From positions 35,865 to 99,864 of the IMG/VR virus record IMGVR_UViG_3300017991_000072: 64,000 nt of DNA; one strand, given 5' to 3'. The stretch is from a virus. The position numbers and the translations under genes were made by a program. This document shows positions 55,673-64,000 of this stretch, in pieces. Under the pieces are notes generated by a model. That model was not told the origin of the DNA. It did not search any database and was given only the letters and a program-made list of their open reading frames with translations. Within the stretch, counting starts at the first letter, position 1, and each line of letters opens with the position of its first letter.

Positions 55673-56345
55673 TGGACGCCTCCTTTCTTGCGTGAAGAAG
55701 TAGTGGAAGCGTGTAGGTTGACCTGGGCCTCTTGGCTCCAGCCGCCACACAGTCCGTCAGATCCTTGGCTATCTGTGTCCACAGCTCCAGGTCTTTGTCC
55801 ATGGACTTGGTGTTCCGAAGGTAGGCCGCCGGGTGGGTCACTTCGTAGACCACCAGGTTCCCCATGACCATGGGGTAGGCGAACCCACGCCGCCCAATGA
55901 TGGCCGCTTCAGAGATCCGCCCAATCATGACCAGGATGTTGGGATTGATCATCCGTAGGGTCTCTTCAAGCCATGGCCTACAGGCTAGGATTTCGTCAGG
56001 CTTTGGGGCTCTGTTCCTCTGTCCGTCCCGTGGCCTACATCTGACCACGTTGGTCAGGAAGACCCGCCTGTCCTCTGGGACGTTCTTTCCCTTGTACTTC
56101 AGCCCAAGCCCCTTCAGGATCTTGTCCAGGACCACACCTGAAGGACCCACGAAGGGAAGACCGGCCGCGTCTTCATGGGCTCCAGGAGCCTCCCCCACCA
56201 GGACCATCCTGGCGTCCGTGAAGCCCTTTCCCATGACCACGTTGGTCCTACTCCCGCATAGAACGCAGTTGGAGCATGTAGACATCCGCTCCTTTAACTG
56301 TGGCCAACTTGTCCGCTGTCTTGATGGCGTCTTCAGTATCGCCAT
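55665..56345 (-). CDS. Family-4 uracil-DNA glycosylase-like protein
   Basis: CSNCVLC..RT..VMGKG, VGEAPG.HED..GLPFVGPSG, NVVRCRP, HPAA. Confidence 0.88.
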   Translation of the reverse strand: MAILKTPSRQRTSWPQLKERMSTCSNCVLCGSRTNVVMGKGFTDARMVLVGEAPGAHEDAAGLPFVGPSGVVLDKILKGLGLKYKGKNVPEDRRVFLTNVVRCRPRDGQRNRAPKPDEILACRPWLEETLRMINPNILVMIGRISEAAIIGRRGFAYPMVMGNLVVYEVTHPAAYLRNTKSMDKDLELWTQIAKDLTDCVAAGAKRPRSTYTLPLLLHARKEASNG

Positions 56346-56706
56346 AGGTGTTCACTCCTTTCACAGAAACGCCCCACTTCACGGGAAGGTTGGAGATGAC
56401 CAAACAGCCCCGGAACGTGGTCATCCATCTCTTCAGATCCTCCTGGTCTTTCACCACCAGGAAGTCCGTGAAGAAGACCGCTGGCCGTTGGCTCCCCTGG
56501 AGCCTGGCCTTCATCTTATCACTGTCCACCAACAGGTAGACGTAGTAGTAGCTGGTCACGTCAAACAGCCATTGACGGACGAACATGGGAACGTCATAGG
56601 TCACCTTCCGAAGGATCCGCGTCTTCCTTGGCGTGTAGACCACGCCAATGGCGTCCACCAGGATCACAGGTCTGGGGTGTATGGCGTCCCAAGGATCGTC
56701 AAACAT
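56248..56706 (-). CDS. Hypothetical protein
   Basis: ORF, GGAGG SD. Confidence 0.6.
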   Translation of the reverse strand: MFDDPWDAIHPRPVILVDAIGVVYTPRKTRILRKVTYDVPMFVRQWLFDVTSYYYVYLLVDSDKMKARLQGSQRPAVFFTDFLVVKDQEDLKRWMTTFRGCLVISNLPVKWGVSVKGVNTYGDTEDAIKTADKLATVKGADVYMLQLRSMRE

Positions 56707-57343
56707 TGGAGCCCTCCATGTTCTTGACCAGCCTGTCCCTGTAGCCCTTGGCGTCAGGACATTTGACGATCTTGAACAGGTCAGCTATGGCTGTCCCAAT
56801 TCTCTGGCCCATGTAGTCAGCCAGGGAAGGCTTGGCGTGTTCTAGGGCTACTGGGTCCAGATGGGACAGAATAGCCGTTGACCTCCCGTCTTCTATCCTA
56901 CGGAGGACCACCCTGTCCAAGACGTTCCAGCGCCAGTCCTTAGTTGAACCCGTGATCTCTATCAGGTCAAAGACCACCAGGTCCACGTCTTCGTAGTGTT
57001 TGACCACCATGTCATTGGGGACGAACTCTGAAGCCGTCACGTTCCCGAATACGTCCGACATCATGGACATGGGGGAGACGAACTTGGCCGTCAAACCAAA
57101 GGACAGGACAGCCTTGACCATGGTGGCTCCCAAGAGCCTGGTCTGGGCCAACAGTCCGCCCTTGAAGTAGATGTGTTGACCAACAGACGCCTCTGGCTCT
57201 TTCTGGAAGAGACCAACAAAGTCTCCCGCCGCCTTCTTGGCCTTCACCCCACCAGAAAAACTTTGCAATGACGCCGTGTAGAACTCCGCCGGAATTCCCG
57301 CTTCCCTTAGTTCAGCGAAGGTCACTACTCTGGCTTCCTCCAC
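56699..57343 (-). CDS. DnaC/IstB-like loader with a degenerate Walker A
   Basis: AGIP..F..ASL..F, DLVVFD, VVLRR....TAILS; GGAGG SD before GTG 57343. Confidence 0.6.
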   Translation of the reverse strand: MEEARVVTFAELREAGIPAEFYTASLQSFSGGVKAKKAAGDFVGLFQKEPEASVGQHIYFKGGLLAQTRLLGATMVKAVLSFGLTAKFVSPMSMMSDVFGNVTASEFVPNDMVVKHYEDVDLVVFDLIEITGSTKDWRWNVLDRVVLRRIEDGRSTAILSHLDPVALEHAKPSLADYMGQRIGTAIADLFKIVKCPDAKGYRDRLVKNMEGSNV

Positions 57344-57563
57344 TTGGTTTCCTCCTTTGCATTTTTTACTTGACAAGGCTGACTATAAACCCCATTCCCT
57401 CTTCCCCCTACTTCGTAGGGGGGAGTGAATGGGACTTGTATTAAAGTATGTCTGTGATGTGTTCTTTTCTTTTCCTTTCAAAGAAGTAGAGTCCTGATCA
57501 GGACCTATAGGTTCAGTATGTTCTATCGCGCCCGCGCCCGTGCGCGTACATATAGGGGGCCAG

Positions 57564-58223
57564 TTATCCATGGGGGTAGATCCTCTGTTCGTAGTGGTCA
57601 TCCAGACCGTGGAATAGACCCTGATGGTTCTTGAACATGTTCCACACCGTCAGGTCCACGATCTTCAGAACGTCCCTGTCCACGATGAAGGATCTGATCC
57701 CCTGGTAGACGATGAAGGGACTGAACTGGCGTGTCAGCGCCTTGATCCTGTTGTAGTCCCTTGGGTCCCCCTTGTAGGGCTCCCCTATCTCCTTGGAGTA
57801 CAGGGAGTAGAAGAACCCCAACAGCTCCCTGGGGGTCATCTTATTGGCTGGTTTCAGATAGGGCTTCTTCTTGTTCTGTGGGGGCTTCGTGGTCCCCGCG
57901 CCCTTCAGCTTCTCCAGGTCCACGTGATGGATCCCAGGGAACCCGTGGGCCGTGGCCAGCCCGTCTTCATGAAAACTGTAGGACAGCTTCTTCTTGGCCC
58001 CGTTGGTTGGGACCCTGACCAAGATGTTGGCCCTGACCAGTTCATTCATGTGGCTCTTGATCGTGTCCGCGTCCAGCTCCCGTAGGGTAGACAGCTCTGA
58101 CGTGGACGGGAGCCGCCCGTCAGTGAAATGGGGGACCAGCTCCAACAGCGTGACCTTGGCCCCGTCTGACAGCTCTGGGTTCCTGGCTATCAGGAGGAAG
58201 GCCGTGTAGGTTTCTGTGTTCAT
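57564..58223 (-). CDS. HTH replication-initiator-like protein
   Basis: NPELSDGAK...PSTSELS...TIKSHMNELVRANIL; adjacent to the loader. Confidence 0.6.
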   Translation of the reverse strand: MNTETYTAFLLIARNPELSDGAKVTLLELVPHFTDGRLPSTSELSTLRELDADTIKSHMNELVRANILVRVPTNGAKKKLSYSFHEDGLATAHGFPGIHHVDLEKLKGAGTTKPPQNKKKPYLKPANKMTPRELLGFFYSLYSKEIGEPYKGDPRDYNRIKALTRQFSPFIVYQGIRSFIVDRDVLKIVDLTVWNMFKNHQGLFHGLDDHYEQRIYPHG

Positions 58224-58227
58224 GTGA

Positions 58228-58506
58228 TCACCTGACCTGTAGTGTCTGGGCCAGTTCAGCCACTTCCTTCATCTTGGGGGCCAGCTCCCGTTCAACGTGT
58301 TCCCACGCCTGGGAGAAGGTGTCCGTGATTTCGTTCATTTCACAGGGGATCTGACAGGCCGCCGCCACCCCCGTTCCATACAACATCACGGAGATCTTCA
58401 CTTCAACAAACCCAAGATCTTGTTTCCCTTGTCCCGCCTTCATCTGGGTGTTCTTCGTCTTCTTCTGACCACTAGATTGGGGACGCAAGAGCCGCCGTTT
58501 TGCCAT
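58228..58506 (-). CDS. Hypothetical protein
   Basis: ORF, SD. Confidence 0.6.
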   Translation of the reverse strand: MAKRRLLRPQSSGQKKTKNTQMKAGQGKQDLGFVEVKISVMLYGTGVAAACQIPCEMNEITDTFSQAWEHVERELAPKMKEVAELAQTLQVR

Positions 58507-58885
58507 CTCTGACCTCCTTCTTCAACCGCTTAACTTCCAGGGACGCCCGCTTCTTGAAATTGGTACTGTCAATGGGCTTCCCCGCCTTCTTCAACCTACC
58601 GTCCGCGCCAAGACGGTTCAGTCCTTCCTGTTCCAGTAACATCTTGAAGATCCTGATTTCCTGGGCCGAATACCAGCGCCTCCCATCCCGTAGCTTGAAG
58701 ATGGGTTCAGGAAGGATCCCATTCTTGTCCCAAGCCCTGATGGTCCTGACCGTCCTTCCAAGGGCCTGGGCCACCATGAACCTGGAGAACACCTTGATCT
58801 GGGTCCCGTCAGGGAGCCTGACCAGCTTCTCCTTTCTTTTGTCTATCTTGCTTTCTGTGGGATCTCCATGGGAAGCGTTTTCCAT
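58472..58885 (-). CDS. MerR-type HTH protein
   Basis: VAQALGRTVRTIRAWDKNGILPEP...GRRWYS. Confidence 0.78.
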   Translation of the reverse strand: MENASHGDPTESKIDKRKEKLVRLPDGTQIKVFSRFMVAQALGRTVRTIRAWDKNGILPEPIFKLRDGRRWYSAQEIRIFKMLLEQEGLNRLGADGRLKKAGKPIDSTNFKKRASLEVKRLKKEVRDGKTAALASPI

Positions 58886-59448
58886 AGTTCCTCCGTCCTC
58901 TGTAGGTGGTCCGCGAACAGTTCAGCCGCCGCCGCGTCATCCCCGAATTCCAGGATGAAGGACGGACTCCTGATCACCATGAAGGGGGTCAGGTATCCGT
59001 CCACAGCGAAGTCATCAGGAAGGATGAACTGTCCCGCCAGTGTTCTGATGTCTGGAGGGGAAACCCCGTGGCCCAGTAGGGACTTGGCCGCGTCCTTCCC
59101 CACCACCACCACCAGCTTGGGCTTCATCGTGTTCAGGATGTCCATGAAGACAGGCTGACAGCTCCGAAGGTTCGCCACACGTGGGGGGTGGGGAAAGTCA
59201 CACAGAGGATAGGTGAAGGCCACCACATCCTTCCAGAACTCCCAGTCCATCTCCTCCTGGAGATGGTGGAAGAACCCGTAGTCATCCTTGAACACCATGG
59301 GGTCAAACACCATGAAGGTCTCCGGTTCGTCCGTGTGCCATTCTGGGACTGGGGCCGCCTTCTCCTCTGGACACAGACCACACGTTCCAGCTCCTTGGAT
59401 CAAGAATTTACTTCTTTTTTTCTGACGGATCCTTGACGTAAAGAGCAT
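58843..59448 (-). CDS. Divergent second UDG-family protein
   Basis: CGLC, LRSC..F...LNTMKPKLVVVVGKDAAKSLLG, SPSFI; lacks GEAPG. Confidence 0.6.
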   Translation of the reverse strand: MLFTSRIRQKKRSKFLIQGAGTCGLCPEEKAAPVPEWHTDEPETFMVFDPMVFKDDYGFFHHLQEEMDWEFWKDVVAFTYPLCDFPHPPRVANLRSCQPVFMDILNTMKPKLVVVVGKDAAKSLLGHGVSPPDIRTLAGQFILPDDFAVDGYLTPFMVIRSPSFILEFGDDAAAAELFADHLQRTEELWKTLPMEIPQKAR

Positions 59449-59896
59449 AGTTGATCTCCTTCTGGAGAAGCTTGGCCAGGTCCGCGTCAGAGATCTTCCC
59501 CAACTCGTGAAGGGCTTCAATCTTGGCGTCATCTATGACCCGCGTGGTGGCTTCCTTCCAGACACCAATGGACTTCAGGATGTCCTCCGCTTCCTCCACG
59601 TAGGAGATGGACGTTCTGGCCGTGTAGTCCACCTGGAAGCCGTCTCCAGTGACGTGAAAGGACCCCTTTTCATCCTTGGTCCCTTCCGCCATGACCCGCT
59701 CCACCAGCGCCTTCTTCAGGGAGGAGACACCGTCATTCAGGGCCTTGATCTGTTTCTTCAGGTCCATGTAGCGCCTGGCCATGAACCCCGTGGTGTCCTT
59801 CTCCTGGGGGGTCTCCGCTTCCTCCACTACTTCCTCCGCCGCCGCCGTAACCTCCGCCGCTTCAGCTTTCCTGTCCTTCAACCTTGACTTGGCCAC
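59408..59896 (-). CDS. Phage hypothetical protein
   Basis: GTG start with GGAGG SD. Confidence 0.65.
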   Translation of the reverse strand: MAKSRLKDRKAEAAEVTAAAEEVVEEAETPQEKDTTGFMARRYMDLKKQIKALNDGVSSLKKALVERVMAEGTKDEKGSFHVTGDGFQVDYTARTSISYVEEAEDILKSIGVWKEATTRVIDDAKIEALHELGKISDADLAKLLQKEINYALYVKDPSEKKK

Positions 59897-59907
59897 TTCT
59901 TCCTCCT

Positions 59908-61353
59908 TTACGTCAGAAACATGTTCTTGAACCTGTCCAACCCAAAGGAAGCATAGACCCGCCTCCTCCGCTTGAAATGGTTCCAGAGAACTGGGTTGGA
60001 GTCTACATAGTCATAGATCACCGCGTCCGTCTTTCCAGGGGCCGCCCTTCTGATCCGGCCAGCTATCTGTTCTGTGTCCTTCTTGTTTCCTACGGAGCCC
60101 GCCAGGAACAGCCGGTCCAGGGGGTTGATGGAAGCCCCAACCTTGGTCAGTTGGATGGTTCCTACCGCCACCTTGACGCGCCTGTCTATCAGGGCTTGTT
60201 CCGTAGCCGCTATCTGTTTCTTTGACCTCCTTCCCTCCAAGGGTTCAGCGTAGACGAAGGCCCGCCGAAGAAGGTCTATCAGCGTGTAGACATGGTCCCT
60301 CCGCTTACAGACCACCAGACAGGAATGACCCGCCATGGCCTCCCGCTTCACATCGTCCACTATCATCAGGTTCCGTTTCAGGTTCTTCTGGAGCGCCGCG
60401 TCAATGTCAGACATCTGGATCAGCGTGGCTCCGTATTTGTCCTCCAGCTCTATCCCCGTGTTCGTGACCACTACGTCCGTAATGGGTTGGGCCGTGTCAG
60501 ACTTGACGTTCCCCTTGATCTCCACGAAGGGATCCCCAAAGGTCAGGAAGATCACGCCGTCCAGGCCGTCCCCCCGCTCCGGTGTGGCCGTCAGTCCCAC
60601 CCTGAACTTGGCTGGCCAAGCGTCCACCACCTGATGGAAGGTCCGCGCCGGGGCCAGGTGACATTCATCAAAGATGACCGTCCCAAACTCCTCCTTCAGA
60701 TCGTCCAGAAGGGAAACCTTCTTCTTGAACATGGTCTGAAGGTAGGCCACAGTGAACTGTTCCCCTATCGTGGCCTTGGACCCCTGGATCAGCCCAATGT
60801 CAGCCTCCTTGAACCCGTAGGTCTTCACCAAGTCCCGCTTCCAGGAATTGGCCACCAGTTGACGATGGGTCAGGACAAGGGTCTTCTGGCCCATCAGGGA
60901 GGCCGCCATAGCCGCCAGGACCGTCTTTCCTGTGGCCGTGGGTAGAACAAGGAGGAAATTCTGGAAGGGCCGTGTGGGCCGCTGTAGCTCCTCCTGGAGC
61001 CTGTCAAGGACGGGGATCTGGAGATCATTGGGGGAGATCTTCCAGGAAGGGAACTCCACGGGAGCCGTGACCGTGTTGTCCACGATCTGGAAGCCGTGGG
61101 TCTGAAGCCCGCCCAGGCCGCCCAGGGCTCCAAAGCCGTAGCCTCTGGGGATGGTGATGGACCCGTCTTTCAGGACTTTGGACATCTGGATCTTGGGCTT
61201 GACCCAGAAGGGGATTTCATAGGGGGAATACTTCTTCAGGTCACGGTAGACGGGGTTCTTGACAGACGTTTCTTCAAGGATCCGCCGCGCCAATGGGGAG
61301 GAGACAGGCGTCAGCGTCAGCCTGTTCCTGACCGTGATCCTCTTGTCCGCCAT
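59908..61353 (-). CDS. SF2 DEAD/DEAH-box helicase
   Basis: LPTATGKT, DECH, GLTATPERGDG, QIAGRIRR, YDYVD. Confidence 0.92.
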   Translation of the reverse strand: MADKRITVRNRLTLTPVSSPLARRILEETSVKNPVYRDLKKYSPYEIPFWVKPKIQMSKVLKDGSITIPRGYGFGALGGLGGLQTHGFQIVDNTVTAPVEFPSWKISPNDLQIPVLDRLQEELQRPTRPFQNFLLVLPTATGKTVLAAMAASLMGQKTLVLTHRQLVANSWKRDLVKTYGFKEADIGLIQGSKATIGEQFTVAYLQTMFKKKVSLLDDLKEEFGTVIFDECHLAPARTFHQVVDAWPAKFRVGLTATPERGDGLDGVIFLTFGDPFVEIKGNVKSDTAQPITDVVVTNTGIELEDKYGATLIQMSDIDAALQKNLKRNLMIVDDVKREAMAGHSCLVVCKRRDHVYTLIDLLRRAFVYAEPLEGRRSKKQIAATEQALIDRRVKVAVGTIQLTKVGASINPLDRLFLAGSVGNKKDTEQIAGRIRRAAPGKTDAVIYDYVDSNPVLWNHFKRRRRVYASFGLDRFKNMFLT

Positions 61354-61516
61354 CCTGGGTTTCCTCCGTGATCTGTAGTTTGGGAAGAGCCGTTTTTAGA
61401 TCGTAGTCAACCCTGTCTCTGAACTCCGCCTGTTTTCCAGTGTTCCACTGTTGGACGGGCCTGTAGTAACCCACTACCCTGGAATAGACCTCTGTCTTCT
61501 GCCCACATTTGTTCAT
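61274..61516 (-). CDS. Stand-alone NrdD C-terminal glycyl-radical domain
   Basis: TEVYSRVVGYYRPVQQWNTGKQAEFRDR is the class III RNR C-terminal signature. Confidence 0.8.
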   Translation of the reverse strand: MNKCGQKTEVYSRVVGYYRPVQQWNTGKQAEFRDRVDYDLKTALPKLQITEETQDGGQEDHGQEQADADACLLPIGAADP

Positions 61517-61529
61517 CCATCGTCCTCCC

Positions 61530-61559
61530 ATATTACCATGGAAATTCCTAGCCCGTCAA
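61530..61559 (-). promoter_or_regulatory. Sigma70 promoter heading the replication block
   Basis: TTGACG-18-TAATAT with upstream T tract. Confidence 0.55.
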
Positions 61560-61579
61560 GGAAAAAATGAAGGCCCGTT

Positions 61580-62506
61580 TCACAGCTTCCTGATCCACTT
61601 CACGATCCCAACCGTTCCCCCCGCATCAAAGGCCGGAGCGTCCAACAGCTCCCAACCTGACGGAACAGGTTCAGCGTTCTGGATGAAGACTATGGCCATG
61701 GATGGAACCACCTGGCTGGCCTGTTCCGCGCCGCCAGCGTAGACCACAGGCCGCCTGTCAAAGATCTTGTCATCCTGAACTGGAAGGATGGTCCCCGCCG
61801 CGCCTGACCCGTCATCCTGAACGTGGATCTCCGCCAGAATGATGTGGTCATAGTATTGACCTTCAAAGCCTTCCGTGAAGACAAAGTCCTGTTCTGTGGC
61901 CGTCTGGGCTCCCTCCACCAGGACGAAGTCTCCAGCCTGGTTCATCATGACCAGAACCGCCATCCAATACGTGGGGGTGATGGCTGACAGAAGGTAGGGG
62001 AAGGCCGTGAAGTCCATGGCCGTGGGGGTCACGTCCACGGGGATCTTGGGCCTGATGTAGACCGCGCCTCCCTTGATCAGGACTCCCGCTGAAGGGGGAT
62101 CCGTCTGGGTGACGGAGCCCGCCAGCGTAGCCAGGGCCTTCAGGTCCCAGAACTGGGTCCGCTCTATGCTATCGTAGATCTGGTTGAAGTCATAAGCCCG
62201 AAGGGCTGACCCCAGGCCCAAGTAGGAGATGTTGACCGTTTTCCCCGTGTCCCCCGTGTAGAAATTGACCTGTCCCGTGTTGTAGTTCACGTAGAACTCC
62301 CCTCCCGTGACGGGGTCATAGTCCACTTCTGTGAACGTGATGGAGCCTGTGACCGCCACAGAGCCGGGTTCAGGGGCCTCTTCCAGGTAGACTTCTGGGT
62401 TCCCTCCCTCCCCCGCTGGAATGACGTGTTCCTCTACCTTGGAAACCGGGGAAGGCCGCTTGTCCACCTTGTCAATGAATTCATCTACGCTATCTGGAAA
62501 CGCCAT
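61580..62506 (-). CDS. Putative virion structural protein
   Basis: Beta-rich acidic composition; FYVNYNTGQVNF motif seen in tail-associated domains. Confidence 0.55.
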   Translation of the reverse strand: MAFPDSVDEFIDKVDKRPSPVSKVEEHVIPAGEGGNPEVYLEEAPEPGSVAVTGSITFTEVDYDPVTGGEFYVNYNTGQVNFYTGDTGKTVNISYLGLGSALRAYDFNQIYDSIERTQFWDLKALATLAGSVTQTDPPSAGVLIKGGAVYIRPKIPVDVTPTAMDFTAFPYLLSAITPTYWMAVLVMMNQAGDFVLVEGAQTATEQDFVFTEGFEGQYYDHIILAEIHVQDDGSGAAGTILPVQDDKIFDRRPVVYAGGAEQASQVVPSMAIVFIQNAEPVPSGWELLDAPAFDAGGTVGIVKWIRKL

Positions 62507-63320
62507 CGTCTAAACTCTCCCTCCATTCAATACGCCCCGCTTCCGTGGTCTCCTCCACGCCCGGGGGAACGTCATCTGGGTGGACCACGAACACAGGGAC
62601 CAGAAGGTCAAACCCGTTCAAGATCCGCTCCAGAGGAGAAACTGTCCATCCAAAATTGGCCCCTGTCCCAAGGAAGGCCCCGCCTATCATCGTGGGTCCA
62701 GCGTCAGCCGTGAAGGTCAGGACCAACATGGCCTGGCCCCTGGTCTCCGCCGTGACTGGAGCGTGGAAGCCTATGGTCACGTCCAGGTAGCTGTCCGCGT
62801 CCATGTAGCCAAGAGCCAGCCCCGTGGGGATGAAGTCCGTGGGTCCCACTCCCGCTATGAAATACTGGGCCATCTCTGACCCCTCTGGGGGTGTGGCCCC
62901 AGTTGGTTCACAGGCCATTGACAGGCCGTATAGGTCCTCCCCGTCTGGGAACCCCTTGTTCCACCACAGCCTGACCGTCAGCTCCCTCCGCGTTCCCAGG
63001 ATGTAGTAGTAGAACGGGATGGTAGGGACTATCGTGTTCCCGTTGTAAACTCCAAGGACCAAGGAGGAGTCATCAGGTTCAGGGAACAGGATGACCTCCA
63101 GCTCTTCCTCCTCCAACATCTGGAAGTAGCCGAATTCAAAGATGGGTTCAGTGTTGTGGCCGCCGCCCAATTCTGGGGGGTAGAGGACGAACTGGCCGAA
63201 CTTGAAGATGGGTTCCGCGTCAAACAGGCCAGGGGTCTCTGTCCATACGTTGAAGGACTCCCTGACGTGGACCTGGTAGGACCTGGCCACGTCAAAGGTG
63301 GATCTGATGGCCTTGATCAT
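62490..63320 (-). CDS. Putative virion structural protein
   Basis: ORF composition and context. Confidence 0.5.
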   Translation of the reverse strand: MIKAIRSTFDVARSYQVHVRESFNVWTETPGLFDAEPIFKFGQFVLYPPELGGGHNTEPIFEFGYFQMLEEEELEVILFPEPDDSSLVLGVYNGNTIVPTIPFYYYILGTRRELTVRLWWNKGFPDGEDLYGLSMACEPTGATPPEGSEMAQYFIAGVGPTDFIPTGLALGYMDADSYLDVTIGFHAPVTAETRGQAMLVLTFTADAGPTMIGGAFLGTGANFGWTVSPLERILNGFDLLVPVFVVHPDDVPPGVEETTEAGRIEWRESLDDGVSR

Positions 63321-63955
63321 AGGGCCTCCGCTACCATGTCAAAGTGTAGCTGGTTCGTTTGGGGGAACCCCGCCCAGATGTTCCGTCTGATCCAGATGGT
63401 GGCCACCTGGGTGTCAATGTCCACCACCAGCTCCAAGGGCTCCGCCTCCGTTGGGTGGAACAGATTGACGCCCAAGGGGGCCTGGTCCTCCGCTGGTATG
63501 GTGGACGCCGGGTAGCCTTCTGTCCCAAGGTCCACAGGGACATCATAGCCTATGACATCTGTCTTCATCCCGCCTCCTGGGGAGCCGCCAGGAACGTAGA
63601 ACCAGGTGTCTGACTTCTTGGTGTAGACCATCCTGTGGTTCCGCGTGATGTTCTTGATGATCCCCTTGGGTGGGTAGCCTTCTGTGGAGTCCACGTAGAC
63701 GTAGAAAGGACCCACTATAGGGTAGCCTTCCGTGTTATTGACTACCGTCTCTGGGACGTTGTGTTCAAACCAGATCCGGGCTTCCGTGATGTCCGTGTCT
63801 CCCACGTTCTTCAGGAAGAAACACCGATAGTCAAAGACGCCTTCTGTGGCCTCTATGGCCGTCACGTCATCAAAGATCACGTTAGTGGCCGAATGAAGAA
63901 GGATGGGGTAGTTCTGGCCAGCCGCCACAGGAAGAATGTCATGTCTGACTATCAC
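63317..63955 (-). CDS. Putative virion structural protein
   Basis: IFDDVT..EA..G..DYRCFFLKN...IWIRR pattern seen in phage structural proteins. Confidence 0.55.
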   Translation of the reverse strand: MIVRHDILPVAAGQNYPILLHSATNVIFDDVTAIEATEGVFDYRCFFLKNVGDTDITEARIWFEHNVPETVVNNTEGYPIVGPFYVYVDSTEGYPPKGIIKNITRNHRMVYTKKSDTWFYVPGGSPGGGMKTDVIGYDVPVDLGTEGYPASTIPAEDQAPLGVNLFHPTEAEPLELVVDIDTQVATIWIRRNIWAGFPQTNQLHFDMVAEAL

Positions 63956-64000
63956 CTTGACGTATTTGTTCAGGTCCTCCCCGTCCTCCAGCCGTAGGTG

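Noticed and set aside
41498-61353. Frequent 40-130 nt gene overlaps as programmed frameshifts
   Set aside because: The downstream genes have their own plausible starts and no consistent slippery site was seen; the overlaps look like run-on tails.
1672-63320. Genome-wide TAG recoding
   Set aside because: Many genes end in TAG directly before leaders or terminators, and the long conserved genes are uninterrupted in the standard code.

Overview
Segment of a large, GC-rich (~60%) tailed dsDNA bacteriophage genome; the host is probably an anaerobe (inference from an NrdD glycyl-radical domain and a YkgJ-type Cys-cluster protein). Layout: (i) 1-1.1 kb, two minus-strand genes, one a truncated papain-family protease; (ii) 1.3-16.9 kb, a plus-strand early/host-takeover region of small genes (ArdC, DUF3768, many unknowns) driven by about 12 repeated sigma70 promoter cassettes, several with an upstream terminator hairpin; (iii) 17.1-64 kb, minus-strand genes: many small Zn-finger and hypothetical ORFs, tRNA-Glu, an N4-cytosine methyltransferase, a 7-deazaguanine set (DpdA-like, QueD, QueC), MoxR+vWA, a replication/recombination block (Cas4-like nuclease, RecA, PolA, SSB, primase, DnaB, two UDG-family genes, SF2 helicase) and the start of a probable virion gene block. 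The most interesting signals are non-coding. (1) The early genes share a CCCCAAACCCC-AGGAGG leader, and three plus-strand terminator-ended RNA elements, one with its own promoter, are antisense to it. (2) Ten cassettes carry an upstream ATG, eight of them at the predicted +1, always in frame with the SD-led ATG. (3) An 11-copy NrdR-box-like array lies inside a CDS, with further box pairs elsewhere and a stand-alone NrdD C-terminal domain. (4) A parS site and an rrn-type boxB/boxA element are present. (5) GCA/TGC is strongly depleted. All calls come from reading the sequence; no searches were run.
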